Shown piece after piece: positions 24,546 through 38,283 of a stretch of DNA of 64,000 nucleotides (position 1 is its first letter; each line of letters starts with the position of its first letter). The stretch covers positions 109,616,001-109,680,000 of the forward strand of contig NC_042998.1 of NCBI RefSeq assembly GCF_006345805.1, in the 5' to 3' direction. Position numbers and translations under genes: made by a program. The stretch comes from Octopus sinensis (lineage: Eukaryota). The notes under the pieces were generated by a model. It searched no databases and was not told where the DNA came from. It saw nothing but the letters and a program-made list of their open reading frames with translations.

Positions 24546-25137
24546 AACAAAATTAATACCAACCCACTTAACTCTCAGTTCTTCACATCGTGTCTACGAG
24601 ACTAAATGTTAGGCCTGAAAATACTTGCCAGTACATATCTTGCATACGTACCATCTTGCTTAACTGACAAGTCGAAAGCAGCGTTCTCGTGTTGTTCATG
24701 TTTCCAGTCATTATGACCACAATGAATAAAAGGCTTCTCAGTGAGAAAATATTTTAGGAATAAGTAGAACACTCCTCCAAAGCTCAATAATTAACAAAAC
24801 CTTGTTCTATATATTTCCTCATCACTTTACGCATTGATATGAATGAAGAGGGATTCATCCAGAAGCTTATTCAAATATACATTCTTATACTTTTGGGTTA
24901 CCTCTCTCACCAAGAAGAAAAAAACAACACGAAAAACAAACAAACCAGCCAAAAAAAACAAAAAACAAAAAAAAAACGAAAACTGCACCAAAGATGTTTC
25001 TGTAAAATTTGCACAGTAATATGAAGTAGAAATTGTAATTTAAAATCGGTTATTTGCTCTGACAGCTGTAATACTTCCTCCTCATACATTAGAAAGCAAT
25101 TTTAGGAGAAAAGCGGCTTTAAAAATGTTGCCTTTAG

Positions 25138-25142
<5 letters not shown>

Positions 25143-25215
<73 letters not shown>

Positions 25216-25707
25216 CAGGAAATTTCAGATATTGCCTGATAATCATGGGTCAGTATCTCAGGTATGATTAAAGAGACAAAATTTGTGCATATAGAAAATG
25301 GGTGATAAGTTGGTTTTGAATTGTTTTTTTATAATAAAATGTTTTAAAAAGGATTTTAAATACAAGAATTATACTTTTAAATTTCTTTTGCTTGGAAGTG
25401 TACAGAATGCTCCTTTTAAGGTTTTTTTTTTCAAAAACATTGTGTATAAATATCTGTAATTACAACTTCAATTACTTGATTCAGTTATGTGTTTTTGTGT
25501 TTTTACATTTTTCTTAGATATGCCTTCAAACAGGAAATTTCTTGCTGATGTGAATATTAAAAGTCGTAATGCTATTACGCATTAATCAGTAAATGAACAT
25601 TAATTTTGCTTTAGTACATTTACAAAAGGATCCAGTGGTGATGATTACGCCAAACTTTCTCACTTTCTCTCTCTATCTCTTTATATATATGCATATATAT
25701 AATATAT

Positions 25708-25765
<58 letters not shown>

Positions 25766-25789
25766 GATATATATATATATATATGTATG

Positions 25790-25852
<63 letters not shown>

Positions 25853-25857
25853 GTATG

Positions 25858-25888
<31 letters not shown>

Positions 25889-25920
25889 TATATATACACA
25901 TTCATATATGTGTGTGTCTA
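25143..25920. repeat. Two long (TA)n-rich arrays (25143-25210 and 25683-25920)
   Basis: Visible directly. Confidence 0.9.
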
Positions 25921-26549
25921 CGTGTATGTATTATTGTGTGTGTACCTATAAGAAGATATTTGTAAAAAACGTTGAAGAAGAATGTGAATTGACAAAGTCC
26001 AGCAGAAAAAGAGAAAAAAGAAACATAACAAGGAAACGAAAATTAAAAAAAAAATAAAACAACAATGCAACAATCCACTGCGACTACGATAGGCGTCTAT
26101 AGCAACAAACAATCACCTAATTTTGATCTATATTTTTTATTTGCTTTTAAATACAAAATGGCATATTTATCACATTTAGCTTTTTCCTCTTGACTACATT
26201 GTGTTGAAACCTTTAAAGAAATTCGTTAATTAGCTGTCGGTTTATATCAATCATTGTCTCCTCCTTTCTTTCTTTCAATGGATAACCTTTTCTTTAAAAT
26301 GGATATTTTTTTGTATTTCTCTTCTCTTTTTCTCTGAACTAAACTTTTTATAATATTCTTTTTCGTCTTCTTTTGTTGTTGATGTTTCTAGATCAGCTTT
26401 TAATCTTTTCTTTCTGTGGTTACCTGGGTTCCTAACGAGAAAACAAAAGATTGCTGAGAAACGAGTTGAGACAAACGTATTTATATGTCATGTACAAAAA
26501 AAATATGATTACCAATTCATCATATCTTATACAATGAATAAGCCTTCAC

Positions 26550-26725
26550 ACGGCCATCTAACCTCCTAGAAATAGTAACCTAACATCTCTCAAATGATGC
26601 CCTACTACTTTAAAATATATGAAACATAGTGAATAATTTGGCTCTTTTGCCTGAAAAGAACAGGATTGTCACTGCTAGAACGCATGTCATCACAGGTTCT
26701 TTAAATCAGGCAATATCCTACAACT
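26550..26725 (-). repeat. Old dispersed repeat (family D)
   Basis: Reverse complement TGAGAGATGTTAGGTTACTATTTCTAGGAGGTT resembles 23017-23050. Confidence 0.4.
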
Positions 26726-28813
26726 AGAGATCAAAAGCAAAACAAAAAACACAAATATTCGTAGAGAGATAAGTACATATATTGATACATTGTATGAAGG
26801 GAAGCTTTTATGGTGCATAGGCATCAATAAAGGAACAAAAGTATATAGTCATATCCACTCGATATATATATATATATCTATATATATATATGGATACACA
26901 CACATAAATGTAAGATCCAGGGATCGAGGTGTAGGAAGAAAGTTAGCTTCAAGCAATCCGTAGTAAATATAGAAAAACAACTTTCAGGGACAAAAGTGCT
27001 TTGTTGAGACGGAAGGTTGTGAATTTTTTCGTATCGAAGAACGATAAGCTGAAAAAAGTTCTTTTTACATTCCATGCTAGGCGACAAGAGTTACGGAATG
27101 GAGCAGGAAAGATCCGGGCTATATATGTTTCATAGCGTGCGGAACCTCAGAAGTGGCAAAATCCAAGTGAGGTTTATACTGCCGGCTACTTTTCAGGCCA
27201 AGGATATCTTGATTAGATTAAAGGTTACATTGTTGCAAGGAGGTGCATGTTGACGCAAGGGAGATTCAGTCATAAATGCACCCCCACCACATACACGCAG
27301 ACACAGAGACATACAGCCACACATGGAGGTAAGGTTCGAGAATTTAGAAGAGTTCTTATGCCGTGGAGAGAAGAGGAATTAGGAGTTTCGGGATTAATAC
27401 TTCGTCTGAGTGAGAGAATTGGAAAAGTTTTCTTTCTTTCTTTCTTTCTTTCTTTTCCCCCTCTCTCGCGCTCTCTGATGACATATCAATCCAGGAAGCA
27501 TTAGATTCCTCTTACCCAAACGACATACACTCTTCTCGAATCTTGCTGACACAGACAACAACTAGTGTTCTCGGATTCAATGTGTTACATACACAGATTC
27601 AGATATAGATGCATAAAAAACCAGCTACTTCGTATTGGATAAATGGTAGTTATTCGGCAAAATGATTTCTTTCTCAATAATATCGAACTACTCAGTAGTT
27701 TCATTGTGACAATATTCTGGTTTCAAATCTTCAACTTAATCCCATCAAATAAGGGATTACCAGAGTCGTTAAGGCGTCGACCATATTACCGTGCGATATT
27801 CTGGCTCCCTGGCTTCTATATTAAATTCCAGCTAAGGTCATCTGCTCAGGTTCGATGAATGAAATATCAGTCCATTGATGAAGTTGTTAGAGTGTTGGGA
27901 GTGAAGAAGCTTTGTAGTTTCTGTTCCAATCTTCACATTCAGACGGCAGCACCTATGATAACACTGGTACTAAGCTGTACTAGCTCTTGTCTTCCCGTTT
28001 GGCATGGAGAGAGAAGATTTGTATGTGTGGGCAATTGCTGATCTTCCATGAAATACCTTACCCAAGCATCTATCTTGGAGAAGTACTTTCTAGGTGCAGA
28101 TTCATTGCCTCAATTGTCTCATGATACATAAAGACACTCCTATACTCTTTACGAACTAAACTCAATTCAATTTTGGATAGGTATATTAATCTCAACTTAT
28201 GACAAGATACAAAATTATCCTTATAGCCTTTAAAACTAATGTATGGTACAATTATCAGGAGACGTTCCACCTAATCTGCTGTTTTTAAATGGAAGTTTAA
28301 TGTCTTTGAATCTGTATTGATAATGTTGCAGCTGGTGTAGCTAAATTTTTGTATGTTTTCCTAACGATGCCTCACAGGAGTTTAGAATATGTGGCAATAT
28401 CTAATTTGTATATATTTTTTGCTGAATCTGAATGCTGTACATCATTAAATTCTATATTTGATGTGAACGAAAAACATATTTAGTACTTTATCTGTACAAG
28501 AAGCAATTGATACTGAATCCACTTGCAAATAATTTAGTTGTAACACTAAACACAAAGAAAAGTTGTAACACTAAACATCAAGAAATCCTACCGATATTTC
28601 ACCGATATCATATAATGCTAGCAGTATTTTTATAATTTACTTATAAAGAGCCCAAGGTCTTTCTAATGCAAGCTCAGCAAGCATTATTTAATATAAGTAT
28701 AATCACGCTAAGGAAAGATTTCTTTCCAATCTCTTTACACACACACACATGCACACGTATATATAAATGTGTGTGTATATGTATGTATGTATGTGTGTGT
28801 GTGTATATATATA

Positions 28814-30030
<1,217 letters not shown>

Positions 30031-30093
30031 CATCTACCTGTCTCTCTCCCCATGTAAATTTCAACTATATATATTATATGTGTGTGTGTATGT

Positions 30094-30282
30094 GTGTGGT
30101 AAGAAGCTTGCTTCCCAACCACATGGTTCCGAGTTCAGTCCTGTATATATGTATGTATTTGTGTGTCTGTGTTTGTCCACACACCATCACTTGACTGCAG
30201 ATGTTGGCTTGTTTACGTACCCGTAACTTAGCGGTTCGGCAAAAGATAAACCGATAAATAAGTATTAGGCTTACAAAGATTT
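30094..30282 (+). mobile_element. SINE family A with deletions
   Basis: Head GTGGTAAGAAGCTTGCTTCCCAACCACATGGTTCC fused to tail CCCGTAACTTAGCGGTTCGGCAAAAG. Confidence 0.8.
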
Positions 30283-30661
30283 GTTTATAAATTATATATA
30301 TATATATATATAGGTGTGTGTGTGTGTGTGCGTGCGCGTGCGTGTGTGTATGTATGTATGTATGTATGTATGTATGTATGTATGTATGTATGTATGTATG
30401 TATGTATGTATGTATGTATGTATGTATGTATGTATGTATATATAACTTATAAATAAGGGCAAAAGAAAAAAATCCTGTGCCAAATATGCAGAGAAATAAA
30501 CTTTAAATCGTCAATAACTACATATAATTCATCTCTAAAAGCACGCGTCTCGAAGAAAGCTGACTATTTGAGTATATTTGGGGTACATAAGTGTACACAT
30601 GGCTTTGCGTATGCATGTTCCATGTGTGCAAATAAGTATTTCATTTATTTTCTTAACGTAT

Positions 30662-30725
30662 TTACCGCTGATGACGAGAACATTCTTTATGAATTAACTC
30701 AGAAATCGGACCAATTCGGTAATAA
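30662..30725 (+). ncRNA. Degenerate type I hammerhead motif
   Basis: CTGATGA-cGAG..ATTC tttat GAAT..CTCa-GAAA-TCGG accaat TCGG-TA; stem I poorly paired. Confidence 0.4.
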
Positions 30726-30937
30726 CTAAATGTTCAGAAATTTCTATTACCTTGCTTCGAGACGCGTGTTGTGGTTATTGCATATCACGAAATAATACCT
30801 TAAAAGATAGAACCAGTACACCAGCAGGGTATAACATATATTTCCTAAATTATCTCCTAATTAAGTTAAAATTAAAATCATCAATTATGAAGGAACTACA
30901 CGTGTTTCAGCATTGGAAGATTATAATATATATACAT

Positions 30938-31165
30938 GAGTTGGCAGAAACGTTAGCACGCCGGGCGAAATGCGTGGCCGTATTTCGTCTGCCGTTACGT
31001 TCTGAGTTCAAATTCCGCCGAGGTCGACTTTGCCTTTCATCCTTTCGGGGTCGTTTAAATAAGTACTAGTTAGGCACTGGGGTCGATATAATCGACTTAA
31101 TCCGTTTGTCTGTCCTTGTTTGTCCTCTCTGTGTTTAGCCCCTTGTGGGTAGTAAAGAAATAGAA
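30938..31165 (+). mobile_element. SINE family B, young copy with the alternative GTCC-rich tail
   Basis: Clean A and B boxes; tail TCCGTTTGTCTGTCCTTGTTTGTCCTCTCTGTGTTTAGCCCCTTGTGGGTAGTAAAGAAATAG. Confidence 0.9.
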
Positions 31166-31296
31166 ATAGATAAATGCAATCAGCATATTTACAATAATAT
31201 CAACAAATCTTCAGGTTCTTTTTCAAAATATTGTTAATCTAAATTTACATCACCTTAAAATCAAGTGTTTAATTAAACCTTACATTAAACATTAAA

Positions 31297-32438
31297 TGCA
31301 GTGAATAAATTGTCATCTAAATTACGTAAAAATTAAAATAATAATGACATCTCACTTTAAAAGATATATTTACCAAATTTACATAAAAATATCTTGAAAT
31401 ACTAAAGAGTATATTTATTCAATAAAATCGCCATTGACTTCAACCTCAATCTCCTGCAACTCTTCTGGTCAGTCTCCTTGTTTAAGTTGGTGAATGCTGC
31501 TATAATTCTTACCTTCAGTTCATATTTGGTGTTACAAGGAATTTTGTTGGTCTCTCGCTCAACTGCGTTCCACATATAATAATCAAGGGCGTTGCAGTCT
31601 AGGGAGTTAGGGGCCAGATATTAGGGGTGATGTGGTAGCAGAAATTGTCTGACAGCCATGACTAGGTTCTCCTGCTTGCGTGACATGGTGCAGAGTCCTG
31701 TATTGTAGCTTCCGGCGCGAATGCTAAGCAGTACAGCATGTTGTTTCCAAATTCCTGGCAGAGTGACATTACTATACTGTGTAATCGACAAAATTAGTAC
31801 AAGAGCCAACAGTTTTTTGTGTGTTCACCATCTTATCCAGGCAGAAATGAGAAAAACCAAAGCATGTTCGGTTGGAGGGGATGCATTAGTTTGTTCAAAA
31901 GCTTCGTAGCGCGGTCTTTCCTCTTGTCCTTGATCGCTTTGGATAAAAATTCGTCCTTTGTCATCTTGTATGAGGAATACCGAATGTCTTCATGCACTAC
32001 CTGCCTGAGAAGAAACTCAGACATTCTTATGTCCCTGGCAATGGATCTGATTAATCTTGAGGGATCGTTGTCAATCATGGCCTGGATCTGGCTAACAAAT
32101 TCAGGAGTTCTTTTCTTATCAGAACGATCATAGTAAGTTTTCTGAGCTGCCTTACCTTCTTCATCACTATTAAACTCATCCAACTCTTTCTGAATCCTTT
32201 GCACTGACCTGAGATTGACACCAAAACACTCCGAAATGTTCGTATTGGAGCTTCTGGCGCGAATGCCAAGCGATACAGCATGTCGTTTCCAAATTTCTGA
32301 CAGAGTGAATTGAATCATGGTGCTGTTTTTCTCAAAGACGGTGTCCAACTAACCCTACTATGCTGTGTAGTCGACTAAATAAAAAAAAATGCGAAATTAA
32401 AAAATATAGAATGGCGACAATTTACCCATCGCACCCTG
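31297..32438 (-). mobile_element. maT/DD37D-like transposon relic, rearranged
   Basis: ORF 31833-32348 HTH region (RTPEFVSQIQAMIDNDPSR..MLWFFS); QDSAPCH..IWP..DY catalytic piece at 31560-31700; TIR CAGGGTGCGATGGGTAAATTGTC next to TA. Confidence 0.85.
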
Positions 32439-32547
32439 TATATATGCATATGCATGTATACATATATATATGTATCCACGCACACACGCATACATGCAAA
32501 CACGCACAAACACGCGCGCGCACACACACGCGCGCGCACACACACAT

Positions 32548-32580
<33 letters not shown>

Positions 32581-33476
32581 TTACACATTAGAATTGCATT
32601 ATTGAACAGTTTGCAATAAGGCAAATGCATTTATGTTTTTATATAAACGTTTAGGGATATAAACTAAAATCTAAGGATATAAGCGAGAAACCAACTAAAG
32701 AATGAACTAAACGAAATATTTGTGTGCATCACATATCCTGACATTTGATATACATACGTATTGATATACGTATATATATACATGTATACACACACACACA
32801 CACATACACACACACACAAACACACACACATATTTGCGCGCACGCACATATTACATTACACAACATTTATTCATGTAATACCGTACAGTTATCAAATAAG
32901 GCTGAACTTGTTTCCGTTTCTTCGAATCTCGAGTTATTCTTCGGTTCAAGAAATGTATCCAAGCATTATAGATTTTAAAAATGAGCACTATAGTTAATGA
33001 ATGACCATCAATGATGATATAGTGGAAGATTTATTGGAAAGGAAATGACGTTAGGCCGTGTCAGAACTGGCAGCCTAACGTTGTGAATGCTATTCAACAA
33101 ACAGTGCCTCGCTATCTAGCTTTAAAGTGTAATGAGCACTGCATTGATAAATGGGTTTTGGCAATATTGAAAGAAAATAGCATGCCTATATACACACGCA
33201 TAAACTTGCATGTAAACACATCCTTATATATATGCAACAAGCAAACGCATCGCTTTGAAGATATATACACAGGAAAAACCCATATAACACACAATAGATA
33301 GTTATGATCAAAACTATTGCACACACACACATAAAATTGGTATGTACATATGTATATATGTTTGTATGTATGTACGTATGTATGTTCATACATACATACA
33401 GACATAATTACATATATACATAACACGCATACATACACACACCATATCTACATACGCACAAACTTGGTATAAAGAT

Positions 33477-33500
33477 GATCTATCTATCTATCTATATATA

Positions 33501-33572
<72 letters not shown>

Positions 33573-33581
33573 CATCTATCC

Positions 33582-33636
<55 letters not shown>

Positions 33637-33637
33637 C

Positions 33638-33689
<52 letters not shown>

Positions 33690-33745
33690 GTCTATCTGTC
33701 TATCTGTCTATCTGTCTGTCTGTCTGTCTGTTTACCTGCCTGCCT
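33477..33745. repeat. (TCTA)n grading into (TCTG)n
   Basis: Visible directly. Confidence 0.95.
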
Positions 33746-34434
33746 GTATGTATATGTGCATGAATATATTTGCTTACATACACATGTGTATGAGTATATG
33801 TTTATAGTCGTGTGTATATGTATGTCTGTGTTTATGTGTGTATGTACGCCACCCAAGCTTTGAAACATAATTTCTATTCTTAAATTTATATGTAATCAAT
33901 CTAAGAAGGAATAGATACTTGATTATTTATGATAACTATTACCTCTAAGATAACAAATAAACCAATTAGGAACCTGTTTCCAATATCAAAGCTAGTTTTC
34001 TATGCAAGTAATCCTTTGACAAATTATTGCAGATCTATAGATGTTGCGAGCCATTTATTTTCATAATAATATAAGAATGAAGAACTAAAAGAGGAAGGCA
34101 TTAGATAGCATAAACTATCTAGACAAGATAATAGATGAACACTGGCGGTTCACTTCTCAGAGTATGTAGGATGCTAAGGCTGAGTTGGTATATCATTCCT
34201 TTGAGAATGACACAAATTAAGAAACAGCAATAGAAGATAAAAGTTAATATTTTTACACAGCAGACAGTTCTATTACACTGTTGCTGAAATCTAGTTTATA
34301 TAGTAAATACTATCTTAGGTAACTTTCAGCAATACCAACAATAAGATTTGTAATAGAAATAACAAACTAAATGCGAAATAGGTATCATATGTTTAATACA
34401 TGTATCACATACAGAAATATATTCATATATAAAT

Positions 34435-34525
34435 AGATACTCCGTCAGTTTCGTTGATGAATATCATAGTTGCTCGATCAACGGAACAACATACTCGTGT
34501 TATAATTTAAATAGACGAGTGTTGT
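34435..34525 (-). mobile_element. Isolated 3' tail of the SINE seen at 42254-42559
   Basis: Reverse complement ..CACGAG..TGTTCCGTTGATC..AACTGACGGAGTA matches 42490-42557. Confidence 0.55.
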
Positions 34526-35149
34526 ACGGATACATATCAGTAATTTATTCTTGAAGAAGACCTGTGATACAGTGTATAACAAAGCAGGCTTTTTTTTGAA
34601 TTACAACATCTGTTCCTCTGATGGGCTACCATATTTTCACTCACAAGCCTTAGAGCGACTTGTGGTTGAGCAGAGGTCACTTGCTGAAGGTGCCGCATAG
34701 TGATACTCGTCCCCACTTACATCATTCATACGCACATACACACACGCGCAGTGAAAAAGACACATAGGAAATTTGAGTGAGCTATGAGTAAATATTACGC
34801 TTTCAAAAAAAAAAAAAAATTATGAGATTTGCATAATTAAGTTCCAGATGTACTCTGTGTTTTCTAGGTTGGAAAAAAATTTTGATCGAAAGTATGACAG
34901 ATCAGAACTGATCTGACGTTAACCGTTAATAATGACGGTATTATGAACAACTCATCAATGTTTGATATTTGAAGTAGCACTAGAGTTGACAATACACAAT
35001 AAAATTACTTTTTTCACGAAAAAATGGTGAACAACAATGACAAAAATATCAAGGAAGTACACATTTAATTTAATCTTCAAGATAGAAACTACACAGAATC
35101 ATTGTTCTTTTTAGATGGGCAAAATCAAAATTATTGTTCCTTTTAGATG

Positions 35150-35532
35150 GTGTTTACACAATACCGGTGACCATCGAATGAGAGGAGCTTCGAGGAAGCG
35201 CTACAAAGACTGCTTCAAGAAGTCTCTGACAGCATGTCAAATTAACCACCAATGCTGGTCAGACCTGGCTGCAGACCGTGATGTCTGGCGCCACACGATC
35301 TTCAACGCAGTCAGCAAGTTTGAGGAATAAAGAAGAGACGCACTTAAAGACAAGAGACGCAGGAGGAAGGCGCGAGCCGCCTCTGAAACCACACCGAATG
35401 TTACCTTCGTCTGTGGACACTGCTCACGGACCTGCCTTTCCAATATCGGACTTGTCAGTCATGAGCCTGCATGCAGGCGACGTGGACAGCCTTCCTGATC
35501 TTCGTTCGCGAAGCCGAGCCATGATGATGATG
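35150..35532 (+). mobile_element. 5'-truncated RTE-clade LINE 3' end
   Basis: RGASRKRYKDCFKKSL..WSDLAADRDVWR..FVCGHCSRTCLSNIGLVSHEPAC (RTE C-terminal Cys/His finger), then (GAT)n tail. Confidence 0.85.
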
Positions 35533-35714
35533 ATAACACAATACCACATGGTCTTTCGGTGTCTTTAGTAGGGCCAACTCTGTTTAAGCATAGCTCTCGC
35601 TGCCTTCATCCATCAATACTGGAGTCCCTGAAAAGAGGGTCACGGGCTTTATGTTACTTTTCCTGACTAATCCATTCGGAAAGGAATATAGTTTTGATAT
35701 TATAGTTTATAGTA

Positions 35715-36150
35715 GGGCGGCAATAACAGGCAGAATCGTTAGTACGCCGGCCACAATGCTTAACGGTATTTCATCAGCTTTTACTTTTCTGAGTAGAAAT
35801 TGCGCCGAAGTCGACATTATCTTTCATCCTTTCGGAGTCGATAAAATAAGTACAAGTTGAACACTGGGGTCGATATAATCGACTTAGCTTCTCTCCCGAA
35901 ATTGCTGGCCAAAATTTGAAAATAATATCATAATTTACAGCAAAGCAGCGTGGAGACAGACCCGTTGGCACGCCAGGCAAAATGCTTAACGGCATTTCGT
36001 CTCTCTTTTACGTTCTGTGTTCAAATTCCACCAAGGAATTCTTCGGAGTCGATAAAATAAGTACCTGTTGAGCACTGGGGTCGTTGTGTTCGACTTACCC
36101 ACTCCAGTGAAACTGCTGGCCTTGAGCCAAAACTTGAAACCAATATTATA
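35715..36150 (+). mobile_element. Two head-to-tail SINE family B copies (35715-35925 and 35940-36150)
   Basis: Both carry the GCAGAATCGTTAG/GCACGCC..AAATGCTTAACGG head and the GAGTCGATAAAATAAGTAC body. Confidence 0.85.
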
Positions 36151-36460
36151 GTTTATAGTATTTTTTGAAAGTAACTCATACATTGGGCTTGATTTAATGA
36201 TTTTGAAGTAGCAAAACACCGTTATAGCTATATATTTTGTATATTCTAAAACTAACAGCTTAATGTATTTTTAATAGAGACTACCGGTCTTCAAAGAAGT
36301 TTAAAGATCATTGCACACAGATGCATATCAACGCAGTCAATTATTTTGAATCCTTTACATTATTAAGGGAAATGTTTGTTTGGTATCAATCCTTATTTGC
36401 TGCACTTCTGATGGTTACATATATTTGTATATGTATATATATACATATACATAAATTCAT

Positions 36461-36498
<38 letters not shown>

Positions 36499-36568
36499 AC
36501 ACACACACACACACACATGTATATATATGTGTATACTTATGTATGTGCACGTGTGTGTTTGTGTATGC

Positions 36569-36599
<31 letters not shown>

Positions 36600-36777
36600 A
36601 TCGTGTGTTTTATGCCTGGTTAAAAGCAATTTAAGATCAAACTGAAAAACTACGTAATACTTTTTTTGTAGACAACTTTTTTTGTAGAGAACAAGTTTAT
36701 TTAACTTTTACAAGATCAAGAGTGACAGCGACTTCGAAATTTCGGCCTGCTAGCTTCGATGAACTCTCATATATATA

Positions 36778-37139
36778 TGACGTATATATTTTTGCCTTTA
36801 GGTTGTAAAATTGCGAATTAGCCACCCATATTATTTACAATTTTCACTTCTACCGTTTTTGAAATCAGCGTATGATTTCAACGAAAATCTTATGAACTGA
36901 CAAAGCGTGATAAGTTTTTAACCCTAGGCGAAATCATCGATGATCTGGCTGTATCTGCGGCCGTAGAGAGCTTGTCTCCCTTGTCAGCTCATTGAGATAG
37001 TGCTTTTATTGGCTACTGAGTTGTTTTAACTCTTATTTCTAACAATACTGGCGTTGATTAGTGCCATTGTTCACTTTAGTGACGTATATATTTTTGCCTT
37101 TAGGGTGTAAAATTGCGAATTTGTCACTCATATTATTTA
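36778..37139. repeat. 60-bp direct repeat (36778-36837 and 37080-37139), 4 mismatches
   Basis: TGACGTATATATTTTTGCCTTTAGG.TGTAAAATTGCGAATT.G.CAC.CATATTATTTA occurs twice. Confidence 0.85.
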
Positions 37140-37143
37140 AGCA

Positions 37144-37188
<45 letters not shown>

Positions 37189-37250
37189 ACACACGCACAC
37201 ACACATATACACACACAAACTAACACACATATGTATGAGTATATATATAT

Positions 37251-37390
37251 ATACTTTATTTAAAGCAGCAGAAAATTCAACAAAACCTGTTACTCTGAAT
37301 TTTCTGCTGCTTTAAATAAAGCATATTACTCTACCACTGGTATTTGAGTACTCTTTTTTCCACCTTCTTTCACATTTATGTGTTTACACC

Positions 37391-37392
<2 letters not shown>
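37251..37392 (-). mobile_element. Repeat P1 copy lacking the hammerhead core; 28-bp inverted repeat with 18-nt loop
   Basis: Arms 37251-37278 and 37297-37324 (1 mismatch); remainder nearly identical to 1085-1190. Confidence 0.8.
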
Positions 37393-37440
<48 letters not shown>

Positions 37441-38283
37441 CCGGATGCGTACTGTTTGTTTCTAATTTTGTCGACTACACAGTATAGTAGGGTCAGTTGG
37501 GCATCGTCTATGAGGAAAACACCACCATGACGCAATTCACTCTGCCAGAAATTTGGAAACAACATGCTGTATTGCTTGGCTTTCGCACCGGAAGCTACAT
37601 TACGAACATTTCAAAGTGTTTGGGTGTCAATCTTAGGACAGTGCAATCTGAGGACATGACTCTTGTACCGAGAGTGATAAAAATCAAACATCCAGTCAAC
37701 ATCATGGTGTTTGGAGTGATCACTAGTGACGGTGACGTTATGCCTCCATTAATCTTCTCATACGGCCACAGAGTCAACACGGAGACCTACACCGTCTTGA
37801 GGAGGTAGTGCTGCCCTGGGTGAAGAGGGTGGCCGCAGGAAGACCCTATATCTGGCAAGAAGACTCTGAACAATGCCACACAAACGGCAGAACCCTGTCA
37901 TGGCTATCAGACAATTTCTCCCGCCACACCAACCTAACGTCTGACCACCTAACTTCCCAGGCTGCAAACCCCTTGATTATTATGTGTGGGGCGCAGTTGA
38001 GCGAGAGACCAACAAAACTCCTTGTGACACCAAAGATGAACTGAAAGCAAGAGTTATGGTAACATTCACCAACTTAAAGAAGGAGACTGTTCAGAAGAGT
38101 TGCAGGAGATTCCGAAGTCGTCTGGAGGCCGTGAATGAAGTCAATGGCGATTTTATTGAATAATTTTACTTTATTATTGCAGATATTGTTATGCAAATTT
38201 GTTGACTATATCTGTTAAAATATGACGTCAGTGTAATTTTCATTGTTGCGTAATTTAGACGACAGTTTATTCACCACACCCTG
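37441..38283 (+). mobile_element. maT/DD37D-like transposon relic, internally deleted
   Basis: Same family as 31297-32438; IMVFGVITSDGDVMPP, WQEDS, PLDY motifs; right TIR TTTATTCACCACACCCTG. Confidence 0.85.

Noticed and set aside
24602-24787. Possible minus-strand exon with a GTACGT donor
   Set aside because: Weak acceptor, two open frames, neither recognisable.
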